In this document: in pieces, positions 26,591 to 38,910 of the stretch
How the letters are laid out: each line of letters starts with the position of its first letter
Numbering within the stretch: the stretch's first letter is position 1
The notes under the pieces: generated by a model
Database searches by the model: none
Told to the model about the DNA's origin: nothing
Seen by the model: the letters and a program-made list of their open reading frames with translations, nothing else
Made by a program: the position numbers and the translations under genes
Assembly (NCBI RefSeq): GCF_006345805.1
Contig: NC_043017.1
Location: 30,318,001 to 30,382,000, forward strand
DNA length: 64,000 nucleotides
Direction: 5' to 3'
Source: Octopus sinensis
Taxonomy: Eukaryota

Positions 26591-27333
26591 ACTATAAATA
26601 ATCAAACAGTAGATTCGCTACAAAACGGATTTGTACCAGCTTCTTTTATATATAAAACGATTCAATGACAATAGCGCCGACAACGCTGAAGTGTATAAAA
26701 CCCATCGTATCACTCTAAGCCTTCTAAATTTAAGCATTCAAGACACAACATAACGAATCTGCGTAGATTACGTATCAAAAACAAAAATATAAAAAATTAT
26801 TCATTTTACATTTCAAAGAACTATTGTCGCATTTCTCCCTTAACTATGAAACGTCGATGACACGATATGTTTTTTACGCCAAATACAAGAGTTCTCCATC
26901 ACAACTGCAACTAAAAGTTTTAAAAATTTCAGACTTCAGCTACTACAAGCAAAGTCAAACAGCTTAGGTGCCAACAAAATGGGCTATTGGTTGTATGTCT
27001 GGAAGAGTTTTGATGACACACAGATAACGGTTACTAAAGTACATCCAAAGAAAAGAAAACGCGATTGGTTACTGTAAATCAATCACAATTACATTTGTTC
27101 TTTGACGTAGAAGTAGTCTCTCTCTTCTCTTTTTTCTCTCTGCTAATCTATCTATCTACCTATTTATCTTTCTATATATGTCTATAAATAAATATATATA
27201 TTTCTCCCCCTCTCTCTCTCATGTATATATATATATATATATAGTTACTCCAAACGTGAAAGCACAAAAAAACAGAACAACGGGAGGACGTGGAAAAAAT
27301 ATAGTATTATTGGACGCTCAGGAAAGAAGGAGA

Positions 27334-27368
27334 GTTTAACGTTTCGAGTGAGGCTCTTCGTCGGAAAC
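27334..27368 (-). ncRNA. Minimal type I hammerhead motif, CCGACGA core variant
   Basis: Minus strand: gttt-CCGACGA-a-gag cctca ctc-GAAA-cg-TT-aaac, inside a ~200-bp segment (27245-27445) flanked by (TA)n. Confidence 0.6.
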
Positions 27369-27445
27369 ATAGAAGGAATGATCCAGAGAAGGGAAGACAG
27401 AGAAAAAAAATCGCCAACGATACACACGCGGTCTCATTTTCAATG

Positions 27446-27512
<67 letters not shown>

Positions 27513-27804
27513 TATATATATACCTGTTTAACTATCTTTCTATGTATCTATCTTTCAATCTACCTATCTATTTGCCTCGTCCGTTCTCCAGCCGCACAGT
27601 CCCCACCTGCACACTTTTCTTCTGTAGTTATTCATGCTGTGTCTAAATTCTCAGACACTCATAAACGTTTACATCGAGAACATTCTGTTTCCCGGAGTTT
27701 CAATTCTTTACGCAATTTCCTATCCGCTCCGGTTCTTCCTTTCCGACAATTTAGAGTATACTTTAACATCATACATCAAACATTTCTCCAACGGTATGCG
27801 GAAA

Positions 27805-28090
27805 CATCATCATCATTATCATCATTGTTCGACCGTGGTCGAGACAATGGAATTTACCATGCTACGCCAAACTTCACGGTTCACCATAGCATTACGGAGA
27901 TCCTGTTGCTGGATGCCTGTATCCCTGGAGATTACATCAGGGTAGGAGAGTTTGCGCCCTCTGGTATCGCGAGTAGATGGCATCCAGAGGAGAAGAGTAG
28001 AAATTGCCTCGTTTTCAACTCTACAACAATGTCCAGCAAACTGGACTCTCCTACCTTTGACCAGAGATGACACAGGTGGTAGTTTCATTC
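27805..28090 (-). mobile_element. RTE-like LINE 3' end with (TGA)n tail
   Basis: LPPVSSLVKGRRVQFAGHCCR..LLLW.P..RGRKLSYPDVISRDTG..AMVNREVWRSMV then stop, followed directly by a (TGA)n tail; typical RTE-group C-terminus. Confidence 0.8.
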
Positions 28091-29904
28091 TCCGGATAAT
28101 CTAATAACGATGCACTGCCTTCAGCAATAGTGAAAACAGAAACCGCTTTGACGACACCACTCTCGCGGAAGAACTAAAGACCATCGTATAGGACGGAGTC
28201 TAAATTATATAGCAACTAGATTTTCTTCATATCTAGTCGTACACTCAGAATCAAAGGACAAATGAGGCAATGAATTCCCTCATATAAAGAGAATACAGAA
28301 AACAGCCGTGATGGTCTCAGCTGGAAATATTTGAAAGCCCTACAATGTTAGGTGGAACAAATTCTTCCGTTTTCGCTTTTCATTATACTACGTTAAAATT
28401 TGAGAGAGATTTGGTTATTAGTTCTAAACTGGTTGAGTGACCGAATTAAGATGCTCAGGAGACGATAAATGTTATTGAGAGGTAATGCGGTATGAATTTA
28501 CGTTTTCTTGACTTCAGCCTCGACGGGAATTATCAGATATAAAAGAGTATTGCGTATACAGCATTGCTATTATCACTGATGTTGGCATTGTTAACGCTTA
28601 AATGCAAGAGAAGCATCCACAAAATGCTATTACATACAACTAATAGACATACTAAATCAACAACAACTGTCACCGCCATTAAAAGCTCCACCATTGAGAC
28701 TAAATGTACAACAATCGCTTAACCGCATCACAACCACGACCATCACCACTACTCAATTCAAAAACGATTTCGGAAAATATATAGACAAATACAAAGACAA
28801 CCACGCACAAATACAACCAGGATACTCCTCACCCTTACGTGCATACTTACGCACATACATACATATATACTTGCATACAAACACCCACGCTCATATACAT
28901 AAATACCCACATACACACATACATACAAACATAAATACAAATCTGTACAGCATTCACAAACCACAACTGTCTTCACATTCAATGAAATTTTACAGAACTT
29001 TTTTTGTATATCTATTTATTATTTATTTAGGTACCCTGAATTTTATTGTTGTTGCTCTTAATGGCGATTATGCTGATGATGATAATGATGATGGTGATGC
29101 TAATTTTGTTTCTTTCTCTTCAGCCCATTGTTTTCAGTACATAAAAATCTCTGCTTTATTCAATGGGAAAAATCTTTGCTATGCATACACTACATGTTCT
29201 ACTTCATCTTCTTACACGCTCCTATCGATAGTTATTTGTATGGTTTGATTTCGGTTTTGTTTGACGTGGAAATAAATATTTTATTCCAAACAAAAACAAA
29301 AAAAAAAACTATAAAAAGACAACAACTACAACAACAACAAAACAGACCCCTGAAACAAAAATAAACACAAACCTAGCAAAAGCTACAAAAAAAAAATATC
29401 AAAATGAAATGAGAATATTTTATTGATTTTTCTCAGATTGGCGAGAGCGGCAAAGACATTTGAGCTTCTGAATTAAAATAGATTACATTTATTTATTCAT
29501 GCTCTCTGTCAAGATAAAGTGAGTTCATATCACGTCAGCTCTATCTTTCATCGTCCCATGGGTGTCTGAATGCAGTTATTCGACCTGTTAGTAATAGTAA
29601 GAAAATTTGACAAGTTTTAAGGCAGTCTCTCGCAAAGCGCAGACACTAAGTCGTTGCGACCCAAGATACACTGTATTCTTGGAATGGTAGTGGCTGGAAT
29701 TTCTTTCGCCAGAGGCCTTCTCGATGTAGATTTGTCTGGTTCGTAACGATACGAACGTTACAGGTACAAAACTAGAGCAATCAACGTATCTATCTATCGA
29801 TCGATCTTTTTATTTCTCGCCCAAAAGAAAAGCTATACTTTGTAATTTGTCCCGTCTTTGGCTAATAAATAGCTAATAATGGCCCGGTGTGGTTAATTAA
29901 GAAA

Positions 29905-30210
29905 CATATATACCTATCTATCTATCTGCCTGCCTGCCTATCTATCTACCTGCCTGACTGTCTGTCTATCTGTCTGCCTATCTATCTATCTATATGTCTG
30001 TCTGTATCTATCTATCTATCTGTCTGCCTGTCTATCTATCTATCTATCTATCTATTTGTCTGCCTGTCTATCTATCTGTATGTCTATCTATCTATCTATC
30101 TGTCTGTCTGCCTGGCTATCTATCTATCTTTCTATCTATTTATCTGTCTGCCTGTCTATCTATCTATCTGTCTGTCTATCAATGTCTCTCTCTCTCTATC
30201 TATCTATATA
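29905..30210. repeat. (TCTA/TCTG) compound microsatellite
   Basis: Direct inspection. Confidence 0.9.
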
Positions 30211-30267
30211 ATGTCTGAACATTATGTGTGTGTGTGTTTCCTTGTGTCAAAAGACAAAAAACAAAAC

Positions 30268-30406
30268 CATTCCTATACATTGTATTGAAGTTTTTTTTTC
30301 TTTTCACATATTCAGGTGAGAAACCACCGGGTGATTGTAGAGTATCTTGCTTTCGCAACACCACATTCTGAATACCATTCCCTGCAGGTTGAACAGCTGC
30401 TTTCAT
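30268..30406 (-). CDS. Possible short first coding exon of an unknown host gene (MKAAVQPAGNGIQNVVLRKQDTLQSPGGFSPEYVKRKKNFNT..)
   Basis: The most protein-like non-TE ORF in a TE-poor stretch; preceded on the minus strand by a CT-rich tract. Donor sites are weak and no homology was recognised. Confidence 0.2.
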
Positions 30407-32142
30407 ATCTTTGGGGTCTTTTATCAAAAGAACGAATATTAGTCTGAGGTCGATCCAAGTGGTTTATCCATTTCCCTAGAGAAAACGTCCACGAGCCTAA
30501 GTGATCGATAATTATTATCGATCAGCGTATTTTTATTTATTTATTTATTTATTTAAGGTTATGATTTTCTGTGTGAAAACATTTGAATATTATAGAAACG
30601 ACCACAAAAGAAGCATCGATTGTTTCTTTGTCTTGTTTTGTTTTGTCTTCTGTTGTTTTTTTTATATTTTTCATGATAGAGATTTTTACAAGAAAGTGTT
30701 CGGAGAAAATGAGAGAATATGCAAAGTGTAGAGTGAGTCGCAGAGAAAGGGATTTAAAGAGAGAGGGAGAGGTGGTGAGAGATAGAGAGACACTGAGAGG
30801 GGGGAAGTGAGAGAAGAAAACATATTAAAGACAAAAGCAGACACAGTATCTTAAAGCTTTTTACTGCTGCTGATGATAGCGCTGCAGTTGTTTTAGCATT
30901 TATTATCCTGTTTTTTGCTTTGTTTTAGGTTTGTTATTAGCAACAAGGATAATTGTTTTATAGCGACATTAGCCATGAACAGGAAAAAAAAGTGATTACG
31001 TGAAGAGACTATTTATGACGTTGGTTAGCTACTGTCTTTACGAGCGTTTGACAATCGCTGCAACAACAAGAATAACAACAGCCAAACGTGAATAAATACA
31101 TAAAGATGAATAAATAAAATATTTTTTTCTTGAAAAAAAAAAAAAAATGGTGTGAAAATCTATATTAGATTGCAAAACAAAAATATATTTTCTTTAAAGA
31201 AAAAAAAAAACAAAAAATAAACGAAGAAAAAATTACTATCAAAAGATCGAAACCGCAACACATTAAATTATAAAGAAAACCCCCACAAAGATAAGAAACA
31301 AATTATAAATAAAACATTACAAAAATAATACAACAAGGAAAACTGGCCGGATTAAAGCTTGCTCGACTTATTTGTACATTCAGCTCATTATACTGAAGTT
31401 GGTCGACGCAGTAAAACGATTAATCAAATGATTTTATTGTTAGTATTTAGTAAACTAGAAGACACAGCTGAATTCATTGAGAAACAAATAAACAGATGAA
31501 TACATGTTTAGTAATGTATGATAGGTAAGAAGCTGGAGAAGGTTATATAACAAATGTTCTCAAAGAATTACAATATATTACAATTCTAAGTTTTAAGCGC
31601 ATTGCCTCTGCTGCAGAATTAGAGAGTTTCATTAATTTATTTGAAATATGGTCATTGTTTTATTCTGTCTTAGCAAATGTTTGAGTTACGTATATTCTTT
31701 CCTTTTATTGGTTTCAGTCTTTGAACCACTCTGAAGTTGGTGCATTGGGTTGAAGTGGTTTTAATTTTGCATATTCGTTTATAGCACTCCAAACTGTATG
31801 TGCGGTGTAATATCATCATTTTCAAAGGGCACGGGTGATAAATGAACTTGGGGAGATAATTGCGCAGAATTAAATACTGCTGTGCATTTCTATATGCGTA
31901 TACAGATCTCATCCAAGTCGAGTATATATATATATATATATATATATATACTACAAAATTAGAGAATGGAGAAACATACTTAAATCAATAAAACATCAAC
32001 TATCCGATGATACCCAATCAATACTTTAATACACCATTACATATGAGTAAAGGCATTATATAAAATGAGATATACAGTAATAGTAAAAAGATAAAGAGAT
32101 ATAAGTAAAAAATTTCAAATATAATATGCAATTAAATCAAAA

Positions 32143-32250
32143 CTGACAGCTGTTTCGGCAGTGAGGGCAGTCATACCTCATTTAACCTCTTAGCCATAAA
32201 GGCAGGTATAAATGAGGCATTAACAAGGATGCCCCACGGCCTCTTCAGAG
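32143..32250 (-). ncRNA. Type I hammerhead ribozyme motif, left arm
   Basis: Reverse complement of 32615-32722. Confidence 0.75.
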
Positions 32251-32614
32251 AATTAAATTAAATTTGTTATAATTGCGAAAAATATAATATAACCATATAC
32301 ATATAAATATAAAAATATAAAAATGTAAAATATAAAAATATAAAAACTTATACATCATAATGCTACACTTATATAATATAATACTTATTGGTACAATAAA
32401 GGAAGGTAAACAGAACAAAATAAAACAAAATATATATCAGTGTATTTTGTTCTGTTTACCTTCCTTTATTGTACCAATAAGTATTATATTATATAAGTGT
32501 AGCATTATGATGTATAAGTTTTTATATTTTTATATTTTACATTTTTATATTTTTATATTTATATGTATATGGTTATATTATATTTTTCACAATTATAACA
32601 AATTTAATTTAATT

Positions 32615-32722
32615 CTCTGAAGAGGCCGTGGGGCATCCTTGTTAATGCCTCATTTATACCTGCCTTTATGGCTAAGAGGTTAAATGAGGTATGACTGCCC
32701 TCACTGCCGAAACAGCTGTCAG
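32615..32722 (+). ncRNA. Type I hammerhead ribozyme motif with 85-nt stem II, right arm
   Basis: ct-CTGAAGA-ggccgtggggca..atgcctcattta..taaatgaggtat..tgccctcactgcc-GAAA-cagctg-TC-ag. Canonical core, GUC site at 32718-32720, palindromic ACAGCTGT; stem I only 2 bp. Confidence 0.75.
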
Positions 32723-33089
32723 TTTTGATTTAATTGCATATTATATTTGAAAATTTTTTACTTATATCTCTTTATCTTTTTACTATTACTGTATATCTCA
32801 TTTTATATAATGCCTTACTCATATGTAATGGTGTATTAAAGTATTGATTGGGTATCATCGGATAGTTGATGCTTTATTGATTTAAGTATGTTTCTCCATT
32901 CTCTAATTTTGTAGTATTAATTTACGGTAATATTATTACCTTTACCCATATAATACAATAGATGAACTGATTGTTTGACAATTTTTAACATCTATGTATT
33001 AATCTTGTTGGGTACCTATCTGGCAGTATATTGGATATATATTATCCCATGGTGGGTTGAATTTTCAACCCCTATCTCATTTTATAACC

Positions 33090-33119
<30 letters not shown>

Positions 33120-33123
<4 letters not shown>

Positions 33124-33350
33124 CAAAAATGGGACAAGAACGCAAAACATTCAAATAGACGATACAAAAAACACGGACGGGTCATTCGAAACCTCTAATC
33201 TTCAGTCAAGAACCGGATCATCCTCGCAATTTCGGCTGATTAATCTTGAGATTGCTCCGATCTGGCCAGCCCCAAAGAAATACTAAGCTACGAACATTAC
33301 ATTTCTTGGAAAAAGGATCGAATGTATACGAAACAAGGACATAAAAACGG
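33120..33350 (-). mobile_element. Second copy of the 20240-20520 repeat family
   Basis: Reverse-complement similarity over ~200 bp. Confidence 0.7.
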
Positions 33351-33887
33351 ACGATAGATAGGAGATGTGGTGAAAAGGTGATGTAAAAAGCTAATTCAAA
33401 AATATCTACTTTCCTTCTCACCTATTCCAGGACGGTCTTCAGACAAAGATAGTTATACTAGTACCGATAAGGTATAAATATGCCCTTTTATTTGTACATA
33501 TGATAATGTGTCGTTCTGATAATTAAATTGGAATTGTTTTGCAGGAAAAACTGAAGGACCTTTGTGTTGAGTCAATAATACTTTTCGCATTAATTCTTAT
33601 CTACTGTATCGAAAAGATTAACGTTTGCTAACCACATATTCGTTTATAGCTTTACGTGTTCACAGGAGAAAAACAGAAGTGTTTCGCGATTTATTTGAAC
33701 TCTTCATAAGTAATAACACACCTCCTCCTTTGTTTTTAGCTGTCAATTTATTTACGCGAAAATAAATTGTATTTGTGAATGAGTTTTATCACTTGGATAA
33801 ATCTTTTGGGTTCCTTGGCTTAAAAACGGATTTCGAGAGATCAGATACAGAAATATGTATTGAACACATTTCATGGAAAGCTGCTAT

Positions 33888-35090
33888 TACGAGTCAGCTG
33901 AAAAGTTCATATGCTAAGATAGGTTTATGGAAGGAGATTAAATGAAGTCTATTTTTCAATATATTCTCCCTTGCGGTTTATGCAATTCTTCCGTCGGTGT
34001 TGCAATGCTGAGATCTCTTTGGTAAAGAAGCTCATTCTAACTGCAACATTGGTTCCCCGCCTAGTAATATTATCAAGTTGAAGGACAGATGATTGTCAGT
34101 TGGGAACAAATCAGGACAATAGGAAGGGAGATCAAACAGTTCAGACCTCAATCACGCACAGAAGCCATTGAAACCAAGAACTTGTGTACTGGAGCATTGT
34201 CTTCTTGAAAGAAGAACATTTTCGCCAATTTTCTTGGGTGTTTGGGGGTCTTGATAGGCTTGCGTGATAGCTTCAGCAAATTGGCATAGTACTCTCCATT
34301 GATGGCGTGACCCTTTTCAAGAAAGTCAAATAAACAGAATACATCTTGCGTCTAAACAGGTCGCCCTCTGACCAGCAGATGTGGCAACATTGGCCTTATT
34401 TGGGGCGGGTGGGGGAGATGTTTCTACAGCATGGATTTGGATTGTTTTTGCTTCTGGCTCAGAGCGATGAAGCCAACGTCCTAAGTTGGGAAACGTACAA
34501 GGAAAGCAGCTAGTTATGCTTCTAACTTCTGTCAGATTTTCCCGCGATGTTATCAGCTTGTGGCGCTTTTGAGGAAGTATCAGAAGCATCAGAAGAGATG
34601 GCTACCACGGAGCAGAAACCTTCGTTATGCCAAGTTCATCGTGTAGAATATTCTCAACTCTCTCAAGGAATATGCTAACACCATTGGCTACCTGCCAACT
34701 ATAACCATGTCAACATCATCAATGTTCTCGGTGATGGCAGTTGCAGGACATGCAGACCTTCGATCATATTCAAAACTCCGCATTCGCCCTCTTACACTCA
34801 GCTGCTCGCTTTAGCACTGTTGATAAAGCTGGAGTATCATTCCTTAACGAAGCAACCATATCAGCATGAATCCCCTTTGGAATTAAGTCTTTTTTCTGCA
34901 GGTACCTGATAACACAACGATGTCAAATTGTGTCCATTTTCAAAAGAAACCACTAATAGTTACACCTGAAGTCTTCATTGATCCGTCAGACAGCGGTTTT
35001 CTTGAAAGGAAACGATGCAGTTATTAATAGGATGTGTTGATATTCATCCATGCACGATTTGACATTTCTAGCATCAATACCTGAAAGTCG
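33888..35090 (-). mobile_element. Near full-length decayed mariner transposon
   Basis: MDTI*HRCVIRYLQKK..; RWLHRSEPEAK..; FFQEDNAPVH; PSYCPDLFPTD (YSPDLAPSD-like); EISALQHRRKNCINRKGEYIEK*; TIR-like tacgagtcagctgaaaagttc at 33888. Right end approximate. Confidence 0.88.
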
Positions 35091-36267
35091 CCTCTTCTAG
35101 ATCTTGAGACAGCATTCACTCGAGGTGGGTTGACTGGTTTCAAACATTTGAATACGCTATCGTCTGTCCCAAGTAGAAATTTCTTTATTATACATAATAT
35201 TTCAACAATTACATTTAGATATCAATAGAAAGGAGGTTAATCTGGAAGACTTTATGCCTCGTTAAAATTATAACGGTTCATATAAATAACAGTATATCAT
35301 AAAATATTATGCAAATTATTGTCCAATATAAAGATGAAGTAAAGTTAATCTGTGACTGTATAGCTAGAGATTAAATTTATTTTGACCTGTATTTAGATTC
35401 AGTTAACCGGACAAAAATTAATATTAAAATCAGTTCTTTGTAGTTATGTGCAATTCAAAATGTTTAACTGTTACATATTGTATATTTCTCTATAACATGT
35501 GTATGGTAATCATGACATATGTCATTTTTCCACTGCTACAAATAGATATGTGGGAAGTCAGAGTGAAAACTTTCAGGTAAATTAAGCTGAAATTTTCTGT
35601 GTGATTACCCATAAGGAAGTCTTTCTACTTGTTTTTGAGATTACCGTCCTTGCTGTTTAAGGGATTTCTGTTCGTTAGCTCTAGGTGTGCTGAACCAAGA
35701 TGCATTCTAGTCTCAATATAAAATATGGAAATCGAATAACTGGCGAAGATATATATCTGCCGATACAATTATCAATCTACTTCGTATGGCCAAATTGTAA
35801 TGAAACAGTTCTAGCTTGCTGAAGTCGTGAATGAAGCAGATTTAGAGAAGACGAATTAGTTCGGTATTTCATTATACCTCAAACAGAAACCGTATGGAAA
35901 AGCTTTTTAATATCTCTACACAGTGAGAGCGGAACAATCAGTGGACCAATTCTGACGAGGCAATCAGATATCGTTTTACACAAGTGATCACGGAGGCATT
36001 CTAATTTCTCCTTAATTGCGCACTTCTCTTCGATTTCGAACAGAATTGCTTGGCTGTGATGTCATCCCATCGTCTTAAGGACTTCCGAGTAGTCTCTCTT
36101 GATTTCTTAGATACCATCCGCAACTGCATGATACAAATGCATTATCCTAAAGTTGTACGAGTTTTGCTATACCTTCAGCCCATAAGAAATTATACATTTT
36201 TTATGCTGAAATTACACCATTAATTTCTAACTCATAACTAATAGTATAATCTCTTGGAGTGAAGGCA

Positions 36268-36455
36268 GGGCGCCGAGCTGGCAGAATCTTTAGCACACCA
36301 GGCATTTTATCCGTTTTTACGTTCTGAGTTCTTATACTGCGGAGCTCGGCTTCGCCTTTTATCTTTTCGGGGTCGATAATTAAATACTGGGGTTGGTGTT
36401 ATCCACTTAGCCCCCTTCCGGAAATTTCTGGTCCTGTTCCTAAATTCGAAACCAA
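36268..36455 (+). mobile_element. SINE family B-related subfamily with a different tail
   Basis: gagctggcagaatc..cgttctgagttc..cttttcggggtcgataa..cctaaattcgaaacc; similar to 44110-44330. Confidence 0.7.
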
Positions 36456-37338
36456 TCATTTTGAATACAGGAAGAAAGATGTGTTTTAGACACCTGTAGA
36501 TTGAAAAATGAAATGGCAGTCCTGTACTGGAGTCGATAGTGTTGACTAATCCCCTCTCTTAAAGAATGATGGCCATGTATCTATATTAGAAATCATCTTG
36601 TCGGCGCCATCCGAATACATTCTACATAAATGACTATATCCAAAACGCTAGAAGGGCAAGAAAATCATATTTATACATTATATCTCCATGCAAGCTGAAT
36701 ACTGTTTGCGGGACTTGAACTGTTGGAAAACTACTAACTTAGCAATCTGTGAGATTACATAACTAAAAAAGTTACAATTAAATTAACTGCGTTCTAAATT
36801 ATATAAAATTAAGAAACTTTCAAGACCCAGCTGTGTTATCTATATTATTCGTTTAAATTTCTTCTTTGAAATAATTGCTATTACTAAATAAGGAATAAAA
36901 TATTTCCTCATACACCAAAATGACATTATTATGAGCATAGCAACAGCATCAAACACACGTTTCATTTGTTTCAGTTCTGTTTATTTTCCTATTCACATAG
37001 AAACACATATCACCTATATATCTAGTGACTACTATAGTAAGTGTTAGTCTATATATTTTCTCACATTTATAGATGTGCCGTTCCTACTTTCACAAATTTG
37101 CGAACGGTACGAGGTCAGCTTTATCAATTTATCGCATGATCGGACATACCAAACATTTTGTATCCATAAAGCGTGGAAGGCAATTGTCCGATGTTCGTTA
37201 ATGTATTATCTAGAAGATAATGCTATTTATACACACTCTAAGTTTGTAAATAGAAGTAATAATTCTCTTTCTCGCTGACATCTCTGACCGAATAAATTTA
37301 TAGTTCTCACCACACACACACACACACACACACATACA

Positions 37339-37402
<64 letters not shown>

Positions 37403-38554
37403 CATACATACATACACACATACTTATAAACTTTACGAGTATTGGAATATTCTGTCTCACAGCATCATATAGTTAACACTGGTAGGGGTGAGACTTGTCA
37501 CGCTAGTATTTGAAACTGCATGACACTAAGCGGTCCTGAACTTTCCAATGATGCCTTAAGCGAAATATATATTCAATAAAATAAAGTTATCGATTCTACC
37601 AATCTCAGGTTGGTACTGTACAACGCAAGGACTGCATTCCTTTCATCTACTTATCCATCTATTTATCTATCTATCTACCTCAGTTTATCTATTTATCTAT
37701 CTAACATTATATATGTAACGAATGTGTTTATATGTCTGCGTATGTGTTTCTATGTTTCTGTTTGTAATGTGTAGGTATTTATATATGATGATTGCAATTG
37801 GATTTTATGCCATGCCATCGATCGCTTGTTTATGAGCAGCTTGGTGTAGCAGTCAATCCTTTTAGGTATTTTACACTCTTTTGCACACATATCGTAATCA
37901 ATAACGGGCGCCTCTTGCAGTAGATATTACAATATCATTGTGTGATCTTTCCTATGACATTATATTCTGCTTCAAAATGCACATTTTTTTCCATACACCC
38001 TGCAAGTAGTGGCGCTGCATTACGTGTAGTAAACCACTTCATTTTGTGTGTCGCTTCTCTGATGAATTCTAAAGTCTACATCATCTACACATACATAAAT
38101 ACATACGTACATACATACATTTTGGAACAGAGAGTTCTATCTTTATCGTTGAGAACTAAGTGTTACACATACGACCAGTGTATTGCAACATTATGCTAAG
38201 TCTGAGATGAGTAAGTTTGGTTCGTCTGGAGTTCTCTACTGATCCCATTAAATATGGGAGCTGACTCCGTTAGCCTTCACCTCCTAAGGACCTGAATTGT
38301 CCTTTTGTGCAGCCTGCGTAAATTGTTGCTAGACGACGTGTAGAGAATACTGTCTCCACAGAGAGAAACGAATTTTAAAAAGTTCGTTGTGTCTCGTCCC
38401 AATTGTGCTTAAGTAGCCGATCTCTAACCTACAACTTGTAAGTTCTTGCGCAATTAAAAATCGTAGTTGACATTATATGATATGCAAACGTTCCGCTTGT
38501 TATCGTGATCATTTATTAGCAATCGTCCAATCATATATATATGTATATATAAGT

Positions 38555-38840
38555 AGTTGAATGAATTATCTTAGAATGGATAATTCGGTTAACCGATACC
38601 TGGGTAGCAAATTCACGTCAGAAAAACACGGTTGAAGCTACATGCCTAGGGCAGAGATCACGTGCTTTTGTGTGGAAATTTGTGTGTTTTTTTAATACAA
38701 ATAAATGAAAGAATGAAGTTGAACGACTATTTAACAAAATTCCTTTATTCTCGACATATGTTTCGAAGGCTGCATATTCCTAATTTCGAAGGAATAAGGG
38801 GTGCATTATGCCGCCTTCTCATCAGGAAAAACAAGGAACA
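38555..38840 (-). mobile_element. PLE-type terminal-repeat fragment related to the 41.7-kb family
   Basis: Shares ttaaccgatacc..gtagcaaa.tcac..cacggttg with the tails at 42225-42280 and 56848-56897; flanked by (TA)-rich tracts. Confidence 0.7.
38748..38830 (-). ncRNA. Canonical type I hammerhead ribozyme motif, 54-nt stem II
   Basis: Minus strand: ttttc-CTGATGA-gaaggc..gccttc-GAAA-catatg-TC-gagaa. Intact core, GUC site, palindromic ACATATGT, 5-bp stem I. Confidence 0.85.
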
Positions 38841-38852
38841 TATATGTGTATG

Positions 38853-38910
<58 letters not shown>

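Larger units (their letters stand above)
31948..33089. mobile_element. PLE-type palindromic element: 475-bp inverted arms, 20-bp spacer, ~170-bp tail
   Basis: 31948-32422 is a near-exact reverse complement of 32443-32917; (TA)n on both flanks; one HHR per arm. Confidence 0.85.

Noticed and set aside
25868-26605. 245-aa ORF
   Set aside because: Runs antisense through two SINE A copies; chance open frame.
27348-28070. 240-aa ORF
   Set aside because: Spans a (TA)n tract and the antisense of a LINE 3' end.
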